Under the pieces are notes generated by a model, which ran no database searches, was not told where the DNA came from, and worked only from the letters and a program-made list of their open reading frames with translations. Shown piece by piece: positions 49,227 to 62,907 of a stretch of 64,000 bases of DNA (positions are counted from its first letter, which is position 1; the number at the start of each line of letters is the position of its first letter). Source of the stretch: the human T2T-CHM13v2.0 reference genome, Homo sapiens; assembly GCF_009914755.1 (NCBI RefSeq), contig NC_060947.1. One strand, given 5' to 3'. A program made the position numbers and the translations under genes.

Positions 49227-49525
49227 GCCAAGGAATTCCTTAAAGGAATGACACTTAATCTGGGTTACATGTTATTTAAAGGCCTCCTGGCTCTGAGGCT
49301 ACTGAAACTGTGGAGAGACTGGGGTGAACGTTTCTTTTTGACTAAGGAATACTTTTGGGCTTTGTCCTTGCTCAACAGGTTGGTAGTTGGGAACTTCTCC
49401 CATGCAATGAGTTTATAGATGCTAAAGGATGGCTGTATTAGGCAACCTAGCCAAAGAAGTAAGCTATATAGAACCAACCAGGGAAGATTTAGAATAACAA
49501 AGCTGCCATGCCACACTTTCTGCAG

Positions 49526-50449
49526 CTAGTCAGTCTTCAGCTCTTTCCTGGAGTGCGACTTCCTCTGCAGGAAGTCATGGATTGCCGTAGTGAGGCCCCA
49601 TGTCACACTGGACCTTAGGATGACTAGGGAGCCTCCACGGTAGATCAGGAGCAGCTTTCGGCCCCGAGTGTTCCATACATCCTGGGCAGAGGCCCACAGG
49701 CTTGGCATGTTCTGCCATCCAATATGGGACTGCATATTAGCAACCAGCACAATCAGAGGATACAGAACTAGGCAGGTGATTGTTCCATTGACACTACCAG
49801 ACACCAAGGCAGGAACCCAGTGGGGCAGGCCTTGCTCTGCCAGGCCATCCTGGATGGGGTCCTTGAAAGAAAAATATAGAGCACTCCCCAGGCTGTTCCT
49901 GGCCAGGACAGGCCAGAAACCACGATAGTAGCCCAGTGACAGCCGCCCCCAAAGCCCATAAGAATTGAATTCCTTGAGAATGCTGAAGGTGCTGGGGAAG
50001 CGAGCTTGCTTGCGACCATCCTGGAGCACATTTTGCACCCTTTCAAAGGGGCTGAGTGCCACGGCCTCCACCACGCCAGACATGAGCCCGGCAGCCCAGC
50101 GGTGTCCCAGGGTGTGTGGCCCAACAGGAGAGAGAAAGCACAGCAGGCTATCATAAGTCCCAAACAGAAGAGTCCCTTGCAACGTCTTGGAGAGAAGAGG
50201 AGGGTAGATTCCCCGGTAGAAGTATTGAGGACCTTCATGCCAAAGCTGTCTCACAGCCTCTGACACTGCCATGGCATGGATCTGTTGCCGGAACACAACC
50301 TTATAGATAGGAAAGGTCAGAAAAGTAGACATAAAGTTGGAAACGGCCCCAAGGGCATAGGCCTGGGAATGCCAGCTTTTCTTTCCTGGAGCCTCTGCTC
50401 GCGTCCTGTGCTGAAGCTCCTTCCCGGGAGAGTGGTTCTGCTCCCCCAT
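49526..50449 (-). CDS. SLC25A53: Solute carrier family 25 member 53 (MCART6), mitochondrial carrier, 307 aa, single coding exon
   Basis: MGEQNHSPGKELQH...KSHSRKELKTD*. Three carrier repeats (FPIYKVVFRQQ, SPFERVQNVLQ, YPLIVLVANMQ; YRG motifs). Splice acceptor TTTTTTTCCACCCTTGCCAG puts the exon start at 50480, so the ORF-track extension to 50533 is intronic. Confidence 0.96.
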   Translation of the reverse strand: MGEQNHSPGKELQHRTRAEAPGKKSWHSQAYALGAVSNFMSTFLTFPIYKVVFRQQIHAMAVSEAVRQLWHEGPQYFYRGIYPPLLSKTLQGTLLFGTYDSLLCFLSPVGPHTLGHRWAAGLMSGVVEAVALSPFERVQNVLQDGRKQARFPSTFSILKEFNSYGLWGRLSLGYYRGFWPVLARNSLGSALYFSFKDPIQDGLAEQGLPHWVPALVSGSVNGTITCLVLYPLIVLVANMQSHIGWQNMPSLWASAQDVWNTRGRKLLLIYRGGSLVILRSSVTWGLTTAIHDFLQRKSHSRKELKTD

Positions 50450-51145
50450 GCTGAAGACAACTGGGTGCAGATGGAAGAAACTGGCAAGGGTGGAAAAAAA
50501 GAGATTAGACTGACCAATTAATTCTGTTGGCAAGCATTTTCATTGCTTAATTAGAAATGAACCCTAAGAAACTCAGGTCGACGGAAACAAGCAACTCTTT
50601 GAGCCAGTTTCTGATATATAAGCACACCCTTAAGAAATTAAGAATTAATTAACTTTAAATTAAAAGAAAGGCAATCAGTTTTTCTGGACAGAGCCACCAC
50701 TACAGTATTTTGCTGACACAGCAAATATTCCAATATTCAAAGGATTACGACTGAAAAACATGAAATAGAGGAGGGGAAGACTCCAAAACTTAATGCATCA
50801 ACTTTCACGACATGAAACTGTGCATTTTATAAACTACTTGAATAATACATTGCTATTCTGTTTAAAAAAATCTGGCACTATCTTGTAGAGGCAGAAAGGC
50901 ATTTAACAGTTGAAGTGCAATGCTTTCTCTAAAAGTTGGTATTAAATTTGGGGAGGGGGAATCTCCCCTCGCCTTTCTCTCCATAGATTCCTGCCCAAGT
51001 TGTAGCTGTTTCATGGCAACGCCCAGCCCCCCTCCAGCAAGTGAGGAAAGGAAAGAGCAGCTGCTTCTGGAAGTTCAGTGCCTAAAGGCTCAGCACCTGG
51101 CAACTTCTAAGCCTAACCTTTAAGACCTGTAGCTATATAATAGAG

Positions 51146-51367
51146 CAGGGTTTCTTAACCTCAGTGCTATTGACATTTTGGGCAGGATAATTTTTTATTC
51201 TTGGCGCCTGTCCTCTGCACTCGAGAATGTTCAGAGGCTCCCTGGCTTCGGCTCACTGCGTGCCAGTAGCACCAGTAGTGACTTACACAGTGTGATGACC
51301 AAAAATATCTTGAGACCTTGCCAAATGTCCCCTGGGAGGCAAAACTGCTCCCGGCTTAGAACCACTG
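51146..51367 (+). mobile_element. MER20 hAT-Charlie DNA transposon
   Basis: CAGGGTTTCTTAACCTCAGTGCTATTGACATTTTGGGCAGGATAATT...GCCAAATGTCCCCTGGGAGGCAAAA..AGAACCACTG. Confidence 0.85.
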
Positions 51368-51502
51368 TACTAGATAGAATAGGCAGTGCAAGGACCCCAA
51401 ACTATTGCTCCTTACCCCAGAAAGGCCAGGAAGCAGATGGCTAGTATGAGAAGCAACTTGGAAGCCAGGACATATGAAGGAATTTTGGGATCTAAAGAAA
51501 AA

Positions 51503-52772
51503 AAATGAATGCTCAGTGCAGATCTGAGGGAGTTTGCCAGAGAGGAAAGAGGGGGTCCCTGGCTGACGAGACAGGGTGTGCAGAAGCCAGAGCTGCCACC
51601 TCAGGGAAAGGAACAGAGATGTGTGGGTGTGGGGCAGGAGGACAGGGGAGAGGCGGAGGGGCATGATGGCCAGGACGGAGGGCTTCCATCTACAGTGACA
51701 GGGACACAAAGCTTGGCAGGAACTGCAGACCCACAAGTTTCACACAGAACCCTGGGCTATGTGATGGGGGCATGAAGGTTGGGACTCTAATTAAGCTAGC
51801 AGGCCAATGGGGAACCAGAGAGTCCAAGCTGAGGTCCCCAGGGAGGAGTAGAAGCCACACACTGCAAGAAGCCCAATGCAGCCTTCCCGAGGCTGCCAGG
51901 CCAAGAATCCGCCTTGGTGTACTACTCCTTCCAAAATCACTCCCATCAGCTCTGCTCTTCCCTAGCCCCTTCTCCCTGCTCCATCCATCTCCCCACAATC
52001 CCATTCCTATCCCCACTGCTGCATCCATATCCCCACAATCTCATTCCTATCCCCACTGCTCCATCCATATCCCCACAATCTCATTGCTCCATCAATCTCC
52101 CCGCAATCCCATTCCTATCCCCATTGCTCCATCCATATCCCCACAATCTCATTCTATACCCCCTGCTCCATCCATATCCCCACAATCTCATTCCTATCTC
52201 CCTGCCCCATCCATATCCCCACGATCTCATTCTATCCCCCCTGCTCCATCCATATCCCACAGTCTCATTCATACCACCCTGCTCCATCCACATCCCCACA
52301 ATCTCATTCATAACCCCACCCTGTTCCATCTATATCCCCACATTCTCATTTCTATCCCCTTTGCTCCATCCATTTTCTCACAATCTCACTTTACCACCAC
52401 GCCCCTCCCCTGGAGCCACACTCACCTCTTGGTGGAGGCAGATGGAGGCTCAGCCTCCTGTACTCTGCCCATAACCACCTCCCCCTACCCCCACATTCCA
52501 TGATGGCCTTGAGCCTCAGCCTCCTTTACCCTCATAGCCAGTACACTGGGAGGACCCCTCTGCCTCTGACCCTTTAGCTGAGAACTGAGCAGGAGTAAAA
52601 ACTCAAGAGGCCCACTCTTTGCATCCCTTTGGGCCACCTCTGGCCCCTGGAAGCCCCACTTCCATTTCTCCAGAGCCAAAGGGGACTCCTCCCAGATACC
52701 CAGGCTGCTAAATCTACAGAAGCCCCCAACAGTCCTCAGCTCTCCTATCAAAGATCTTCTTTCCAAAGTCTT
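51503..52772. repeat. Low-copy duplicated cassette, copy 1 (paralog of 61563-62907), containing a 39-40-bp minisatellite at about 51965-52395
   Basis: Colinear similarity to copy 2 (e.g. CCATCTACAGTGACAGGGACA, GGGAGGAGTAGAAGCCACACACTGCAAG, GCTGAGAACTGAGCAGGAGTAAA); unit CCCCACTGCTCCATCCATATCCCCACAATCTCATTCCTAT. Confidence 0.92.
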
Positions 52773-53359
52773 ACCTTCACCTAAATAAGGACAGGTGGTG
52801 AAGTAAATATTTGTCCTTTCTTCTACCTCAGAGTGCAATAATGTTCCATTTCCTCCCTACCATTTATAAACATGTTCACTGACACCATGAGGCAGGATGA
52901 TTTAGCAGAAAGAAAACTGGGCTAGGATTTGGCAGTGCAAGGACTCCCAACTATCGCACCTACCCCAGAAAGGCCAGGAAGCAGGTGGGGTAGTATGAGA
53001 TACCAGCATTCTAAGTGAGTTTTATTATCAACTTGATGTGTGACCTTTAGAAATTCAGTGACATCTTGGAGCCTTACCCATCTGAGCTGTAAATGGAGCA
53101 GAAAGGGCAAAATAATTTTTAGTCATCTCCATACTGTATCTGTCAGAGGGGGGTGATATTGGGCATTCAGGTCAATAGTTGATAGAGGAATTGTACTTTT
53201 CAATCCCCAACTCCTTCTGCCATTTTTGTAAATCATTTTGGGGGAATAAAGGTGAACAATAATTGAGAAACATCTAACCTTAATATGTAATCCATTTTAT
53301 AAATCCAATCCTTTCCATTTTATGGGAGGGGAGTTCGTGTTTCTCCCATGTATTTTCTG

Positions 53360-55050
53360 TTAAGATGCCAGGCTTTGGAAAGGGCAGACAGACCCGAGAC
53401 TGAATTCTGCCTCTGCCACTTAGTTGTGTGACCTTGGAAAAGACATTTCATTCAGTCTCAGGTTCTTCAGCTACAAAACAGGGGTATTAAGATCCACCTC
53501 AAAACGTTGTGGCAGAGATTAATAACATAAAATGAGACAAAGTGGTTGAGAATCCATAACATGGTGGCCTTGATAAGAAGGATCAAAAAAAGATGCTTCT
53601 GGACTTCACTATCTGTCTCCACAGAACGCATGCTCCTTCTGGATGCTCTCGGGACAGCCATAACCAGATACAGGGGCATTTGGGAACAAATCTTCTGTTC
53701 CCAAGGGAGGCAGGGAAGCCCTTACTTCCACAAATAGGAAGGTGCAACATAAGCAATCTAGGAGAGCCTGGCCCCTTCACATGAATTCAAAGTATAGACC
53801 ACAGAATGGACCTAGAGTTGGCCTTAAGCAGATATCACCTGTACCCTATGACCTGCCTCCTATGTTTACAGCCTAGTAAAATGAGCCCAGAGGATTCCAG
53901 ACTCTCCCAGCCAGTCTAGTCCACATGGGTAGACTGTGTGACTGCCCCAGGATCCAGCCACAAATGAATGCATTTGTCTGTTCATTCAGGGCATCTCTCA
54001 GCCAGTCCTTTGGTCTGCTCACAAACATGTATTGATCATCCACTAAATCATTGTGGGTAAACCACCATAGAGCTAGAGTGAATAGAACTTGGTGCCTGCC
54101 CTCAAGTGCTTAGAAATCTAGTCAACTAGCTTGGGAGACAGGTCAACAGTGTGCTAAACTCTACAGAAAGACAAAATAAAGGGTACAGTAATGAAGGTGG
54201 AAGCAAAAAGACAACAGCAATTTATTCCACCTGAGAAGGGGCATATGACTCAATCCTTAATTGAGTAGAGTAGAATAGGCTGTTGTTAGGTAGGGGAGTG
54301 AGGGCAAGCATTCTAGGCTGAGGAAGTGGCCTAAGGCACATAGGCTTAAGAGTGTGAGTTGTGCATGGGGCTGGCCTACCCCATGTGGTGAGAAGGAAAT
54401 AGAGCTGTGGTTGACAGAGAGAAGCCCATTTAAGATGAGGACCACATTTGTCTTCTCCGCTGCATTGTGTTGTAGGGCACAGAGATGGGCTCTGGATACA
54501 GGCAGCCCTGGGTTTGAATTTCACTCTGTCACTTCCTAGCTTTATAACCTTGGCCAAGTTTCATCATCTCGCTGATCCTCAGTATCCTTATATGTAAAAT
54601 GATTGTCATGAAGGATGCATGAGACAAAGTATGGAAAGTGCTTAGCACAGCACCTGGTATATAAGTTGCTTCATAAGTTATATTAGCAGTTTCATTTTTT
54701 AAAAATGAGATAATAGGAATAAAGGCAAGATAACAATTAAATTGTTCTAAAGGCTGCAATTGGTCTAATGAACTGGGTTATCTACAGAATGCATTTTGGA
54801 CTGCTTGTTTGGAAGGCAGCAAAGAAGAGTTTTCATGGGCTTTGGAGTTCGACATCCCTGGCCTGCAGTCTCAGTGCCTCCACTTACAAGTTGTGAAGCC
54901 TGACACAAGTTACTTAATGTCCCTGAAATTCAGTTTCCCTTTCTGCAAAATGGGATACAATAGCTGTCTCAACAGGGTTGATAAGAAGCTTAAAAGAGAT
55001 AACAGACAGAAAGTTCCTGGCACAAAGGAGGCAGGCAGCCAAAGGCAGCT
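53360..55050 (+). mobile_element. Cluster of MIR (and L2) fragments
   Basis: MIR cores at about 53360-53560, 54480-54690 and 54840-55040 (TGACCTTGG..AAGTT, CTCAGT.TCCT.ATCTGTAAAAT, AAAGTGCTTAGCACAG). Confidence 0.7.
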
Positions 55051-57519
55051 ATTATTGTTTCAACTGAAAGCTTTATCTCCAAACCTTCAAGCTTTTAAGG
55101 TTTATTTGTTGAAATTAGAAAATGTGGTCTCATTAGAGGCATCAGTTGGAACACACTCATACATGTGAGGCCAGAGATAGGATGTCCTGTATCCAATTGA
55201 AGCCAGGTTGCAAATACTACCCCCATCCCTGCATGAAGAGTCCCTCGCTTTGTTCTAGTAGCCCAACCCTGGCACCTTTACACAATCCATTTCCTGTCAT
55301 TATTTTTGTCTGAGCTCTGACACCTATTCTTGGTCCTATGTGATTCCATCCCTACCAAGTCCAGCTGCAAATACCTAATTTGGTGATAAAGCCAATTTAA
55401 ACACTGAACAAGACTCTTCTGGGAGGTAAGGGTCAGATGTCACGGGATGGGGGAGCAGAAGCAAAAGTCTGAAGGAAACCTAAGAGCAACTGCCAGCATC
55501 ACCCCTAAGTGTGTGAGGTGAGCAACTTGCCTTCTCCATACATCCACACTTTCCAGCCTCCACCACCACTACCCCACTGTTCCATCCACAGACCATGATC
55601 CTGAGATGGAAGGTGCTTATCTCCAAATTTTTATTGTTTACTCCAAGGAACTCTAGATCTTGGGGTTGTAAATAAGAGGGCGGAAAGGAGCAAGTGAAGT
55701 ACCTTGGCAGACTGAAGATGAAGCCAACAGCAGCGGAAGGGCATCAGACTGTTTACTTGCTTCTAAACATCAGGAGTCAAGAACAAGCCCCACAGAAGCC
55801 TCCTAGCCACACTATACATAAAGGAAGTAATACCTGCTCTCTAAGTCAGGGAAAAATGGAGCAGGTTTTCCAGCCACTGCCTTCATGGCCATTCACTTTG
55901 GACAGCCCTGCATGCCGTTTCCATGGAGTTGCTCCTTCTCTGGGGCCAGTGATGCCAAATCCAGCAAAGGAGAAGTACCCTGAAGAGCTCACAGAAGGGC
56001 AACCTAGCAACCTGTCCTTGAGCCAGGAAATGAAAGAGCCATATCAGCAACAGAGAGCTGTGGTTTGGGGGTTAGGTTAAATGGGGTTTTATTTCTCACA
56101 CTTCTTCATCAAGCATGGCTTGAAGAAGGAAGACGTTATGACAGACCCATTTGAAAATCTGCAAAGCTGTGGGCTCAGAAGAATGTACGGAGTCCAGATT
56201 CTTTGCATACAATTCCAGGAAGGACCTCGGGTAGGAACCTGTGCTCTGGAGTTACATTTCATGACAGATATGCCATGGACAGATACACTGATGGCAGGCC
56301 CATTTACTTATAACCTTCAGCATCACGTGGTGGTGTTTAGAAAAGTGGTTCATGAATCTCTCTACACCTCAGAATCAACTACAGGGCTGGTTAAAACTAC
56401 AAATCACACTCTTCACCCCTAGTCCTACTACATCAAAATCCCCCAGGGGTAAGGCCCAATAATCTACATTTATAACAAGCTCTCCAAAATGATTCTGAGG
56501 CAGCTCACCTTGTACTCACACTTTGGTTAATAGCATGAGTTCTGGATTCAGAGACTCAGTTCAAATTTTGGCTTCACCTTGTATTTTCAGACAAATCATT
56601 TTACCTCTCTGAGCCTGGCCTCTTTGGGGTCACAAAGGGCTGTCGAAATTATGTTGCTTTTATAAAACAGGCAGCTTGTTGTGTAAAAAGAAAAAAAAAG
56701 AAGAAAAGAAAAAAAGATTAATAAAAAAAATGAAAGAAAGAAAAGTACCAAGAAGAGTTTCCTCTTCTGTACAATGGGCACCATAAAGGTTGCCCTCATC
56801 TTCCCTCAGCCCTCTCCCCACTACCTCCTCACCCCCTCCCTCAGCACTATTATCACATTGAGACTGCTGTTGAGATGGTTTGAGACTACCTGTGCAAAAA
56901 TACTCTCCAGGCAGCGCTGCAGGGCAACGAATTAGCATCTAGAGAGCAACAGACGGTGCTAGGTTGGATGCTGTAACTTATTTGCTGCAGGATACAGGCC
57001 AAAACTAGTAACCTGTCTCTCTCTGGCTCAGTTTCTTCATCTGTGAAATGGAGATAATGGTTCTTGCTCACCAATTCTATGCAATCCCAAGTTGGTCCTC
57101 CCATCTGGCTTTGGTTTTTCTCCACTATCCCTTAATCTGACAGAATAGAGGAGTGCTGGCAAGGGGCAGCCTTTGAAGTCAGACATGGTGACTTGGGTGT
57201 GAGCTCTTAACTCTGCACTTCCTAACTGTACTGCCTGGGTGCTTCAGTCCTTTCCTGTTAAATGGGCACACTACTACCTCCTTCACACGGCTGCTGAGAA
57301 GAGGAAAGGAGATGTCCATGCAGGCGCCTCTGCACACAGAAAGCACTCAGTAAACGCTGTTTCCCCGCTTCCCCCTATACAAAGGTGAGGAACTCTCATT
57401 GTTCACTTGGTTTCTGTCCCACCTCGTGTTTAAGGTATCCGGTCTAAAAGCCCGGAGGAGAGCCGAGGTGTAAGGGGATAGGGAGAAGGGAAGAGATGGG
57501 TTAGCAGCAAACTCACGGA

Positions 57520-58100
57520 TGAAAGGGAAATGGGCCCAGTCCGTGCGTCCGAGCTGCTGACGCCGTGCCGCCTCCCGCGCCTGTCTGCCGCAGCCCCCGC
57601 CCGCCGGCCCGCCGGCCAGCCGGCCCGCTCCCCCTTCTTGCTAGCAGTAGCTTCGGGGCCGGAGGCTGTGCGGCGAGGCCGCCCCCTCGCCCCGCTGATT
57701 GGCCGCGTCGCCCGGCCCGTCACGCTCTTTTGTCTCAGTCGCCAGAGACTGAAAGCAACCGCGGCTGCCCGGAGGGCCGAACTGGAGGGTGGGCGCAGCC
57801 TTGGCTGCCTTGGGAACCGTGCTGCCTCGACTCGGCTACCCCTCGCTGGGCGGTCGTGCGCACTCGCTAGGTCGGGCAGCCCCGGGTCGCTTAGCGGCCG
57901 AGGAGGCGGCAGAGATCCCGTTCCCCTGCAGAGCTACGGGGACCGGAAGGCGAAACAGAGCTGTGGACGCGGGAGCACATGCTGCCCACCAGTGGAGCAC
58001 AAGTAAAGAAAGAACGCGCGATTGCCCGGCGCGGAGAGGGGTGGGGGAAGCCCCGCCAGGACTGGGCGGCGCCCGGCTTGGAGAATCAGTAACTGCGAGG
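57520..58100. promoter_or_regulatory. CpG island / ZCCHC18 promoter and first exon
   Basis: Dense CpG and GC content; GC boxes; reverse CCAAT (ATTGG 57698-57702). Candidate donor AA|GTAAAG near 58002 and candidate internal UTR exon 58396-58447 (CCCTGGCAG|...CTG|GTAGGG). Confidence 0.8.
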
Positions 58101-58950
58101 CAGGGGATGGAGCACTCCCTTGGCCTGGTTGCGCTGAGGAAGGAGTTGTGGTTCATCTGGATGCTGCCGACTGGATAGGATTTAGGATTTGCCTGGATTA
58201 AGGTGGGTGGGGGTGTTGTCGTAGGTCGGGGGTGTTGTTGGGTGTCGGGGGCGGGGTGTGTTCGGGGAGGTGGCAAGGGGCGGGAGGAGACGATCGCAAG
58301 CTGTCTTGAACCCCTTTTGCATCTCCTCATCTCTTCCTGGGAAGGAATATGAGGGTGGGAGGTTATCCAACTTCTAGTCTCTTTCTCCCTGGCAGGTCAT
58401 CAAAGCCGAATCCGAACTTGAATTCTGTGCGGCGGATTGCAGAGCTGGTAGGGCGAGGGTCTCCCGGAGGAAATGTAAGGGGGATGCGCGGGAGGGCAGG
58501 AGGCACTTTGGCTTGCGTTCAGAAGATGGGAGAGGGAATTTTCCGCCTGGCGACAGTGGAGGCGGTGGAGGGGAGGTATCAGGTTTTCAGATGAAGCTGC
58601 TTCCAACCCTTCCTTTCCCTCCTTCGCGGCACAGTCTTGAGGCCCTGAGGACTGGGATCTGCGACACCCAGTGGACAAAAGTCGGCCGTACCCCAGAGGC
58701 TAATTTTCTCACGGCAGGCACCTGTTGCAGAGGCTGCACGTAAAATAAAGGCGAACGCTAGTTTCCGAGCTCATGTAAGAATCTGAGAAATAACGGGGGA
58801 AACGTTGACAAGGGGGTGTGATTGAGACCTGAGGCCATGAGGTTAATGGTTTCTTATTATCATAAATCTGTGACACACAACCATTGAGTTCCGTTTTGAG
58901 GGCCCAGTATCAGCTCCCAACACTATGTCATCTAGAATTAGAAGCAACAG

Positions 58951-60524
<1,574 letters not shown>

Positions 60525-60807
60525 GGATCTAGTCCAGCCCTAAATGAGTCCTTGACTGTATTCAGAGTCTGGTAATGGGAATAACAGGAGAGGGGGGTGG
60601 GTTTCTAACTGCATGAATTAATCCACAAAGCAGTTTTCCTTTGGGAAGGAGAAGAGGTCTTGCATACCAGCACAGTGGATGGGGAATGGTGTGACCTCTG
60701 TCCCTGCTCTCTTCTCTGCTGGCTTAAGGGTCTATTCTCCATGTGTCTATTTCTTTGATGACTTTATACTTTTTATGAAAGGAGCATCTTTTCATTAAAC
60801 CTTCAAA

Positions 60808-60813
60808 AATAAA
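60808..60813 (+). terminator. Polyadenylation signal of ZCCHC18
   Basis: AATAAA about 285 nt after the stop codon. Confidence 0.6.
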
Positions 60814-61562
60814 GGAAGATACAAAAACTAAAGTACAAATTACCTGAAACTCAGCACCCTTTTGTAACCATTGTCAGCCCTTTGGTGAATGTCCTTCCAG
60901 ATATCTCCCTGTACCTGTGTACCCAGATAGATATATGTATAGATAAGAGTGACCAAATATAAGTGCTGTTCTATACTGTGTATTTTTCACCAAATAATGT
61001 ATCTCGTGGACTTCTATGTCGATGAATATATATAAATATCTAACTTCATGTCTCTGTGTGATGTTACTTTTAGAAAGATAAAGAAAAATGAAACTAAATA
61101 TAGAAGCTATAAGGGGGGGTCATACCATGAGGAGGGGTTTTTATCGACCTCATTTATAGGAAAGGAGAAAGGAAGCTGAAATGGACTGAATATCTCCCAT
61201 ACAACCCCTTAACACAACTGACCTGTCTCCTAGGTCATAGAGCCAACCCCTGCACCCATGAGTTAATAATGTTCCAATGTTTTCTTCTTGAACATATCAT
61301 GAGACATCAGATGGGGAACGGGGGGGGGACAAAAATTGAAAATGGGTATTCCAGAGGCTCCATTCCTGTTTGTATTGGGAAGGGACAACTACTCCTGCCC
61401 GATCTCTTGACCTCAGATTAGAGGGTGATAAAAGATGACATGTGACCTCTATCCCTGAGGGTCCCAAGTTTCTGGTAGGTACAGTAGTCCCTATCTTCAC
61501 GAAGAGGTCAAAACTGGCAAGGAGCAGGGGGGAATGATTTCATTTAAGGCAAGGAGTGGAGT

Positions 61563-62907
61563 GAAATGAATGCAGACCTGAGGACCTGAGGGAGTTTGCC
61601 TGGGAGGAAAGAGGGGGTCCCTGGGCTGACAAGACAGGGTGTGCAGCAGCCAGAGCTGGCACCTCAGGGAAAGGAGCACAGAGCTATGTAGGTGGAGGAC
61701 AGGAGGACAGGGGAGAGGGGGAGGGGTATGATGGCCAAGCTGGTGGGCTCCCATCTACAGTGACAGGGACAGGAGGCCTGGCAGAAACTGCAGACCCACA
61801 GGTTTCACACAGAACCCTGGGCTATGTTGTAGGGGGAGTGGAGGTTAGGACTCTAATTAGGCTAGCAGGCTGATGGGGACAAAAGGGTCTAGGCTGAGGC
61901 CCCCAGGGAGGAGTAGAAGCCACACACTGCAAGGAGCCCAATGCAGCCTTCCCGGGGCTGCCAGGCCCAGAATCCACCTTGGAGTGCTCTCCTTCCAGAA
62001 TCACCTCCAACTCTGCTCTTCCCTGGGCCCTTTCCCTTGCTTCATCCACATCCCCATAATCCCATTCCTATCCCCACTGCTCCATCCATATCCCCACAAT
62101 CTCATTCCTATCACCCCTGCTCCATCCATATACCTACAATTACATTCCTATCCCCTCTGCTCAATCTATATCCTCACAGTCTCATTCATACCCCCCTGCT
62201 CCATCCATATCCCCACAATCCCATTCAGTTCCCCCCTGCTCCATGCACATCCCCACAATCTCATTCAGATCCTTCCTGCTCCATCTGTATCCTCAGTCTC
62301 ATTCCTATCCGCCCTGCTCCATCCATATCCCCACAATCTCATTCAGATCCCCACTGCCCCATCCATATCCCCACAATCTCATTCATATCCCCCCTGCTCC
62401 ATCCATATCCCCACAATCTCATTCAGATCCCCCCTGCTTCATCCATATCCCCGCAATCTCATTCCTATCCCCCTTGCTCCATCCATTTTATCACAGTCTC
62501 ACTTTACCACCACTCCCCTTCCCTGGAGCCACACTCACCTCTTGGTGGAGGGAGATGGAGGCTCAGCTTCATGTGCTCTGCCCATCACCACCTCCCCCTC
62601 CTCCGCATTCCATGATGGCCTTAAGCCTCAGCCTCCTTAATGCTCATGGCCAGTAGACTGGGAGGGCCCCTCTGCCTCTGACCTTTTAGCTGAGAACTGA
62701 GCAGGAGTAAAGGTCCAAGAGACCCACTTTTTGCATCCCTCTGGGGCACCTCTGGCTCCTGGCAGCCACCTCCATCTCACCACAGGCAAAGAGGACCCCA
62801 CCACCCACGCAGGAGGCAGCTTCATCAAGCCCCCAAAGCCACAGGGTCCCCCAACACTACCTGGCTCTTACAGCCCCCTATTCCTCCCTACCTCTCCCAA
62901 AGTCTAT
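61563..62907. repeat. Low-copy duplicated cassette, copy 2, with a 39-40-bp minisatellite at about 62035-62505
   Basis: Direct-orientation paralog of 51503-52772 with the same minisatellite unit. Confidence 0.92.

Noticed and set aside
50450-50533. 28-aa N-terminal extension of SLC25A53 in the ORF track
   Set aside because: Non-ATG start that crosses the splice acceptor at 50481-50482; the start is the ATG at 50449.
51772-52503. 243-aa Pro/Ser/His-rich ORF, and the similar 255/224-aa ORFs at 61873-62640
   Set aside because: The C-rich minisatellite lacks stop codons in several frames, units of 39 and 40 bp shift frame, and the reading frame is not conserved between the two copies.
57430-58330. 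Several 100-160-aa Arg/Ala/Gly/Pro-rich ORFs
   Set aside because: By-product of GC-rich CpG-island sequence; no recognisable domain.
62035-62505. Regularly spaced repeats as a CRISPR-like array
   Set aside because: Head-to-tail tandem units with no unique spacers, in mammalian DNA with no cas genes.
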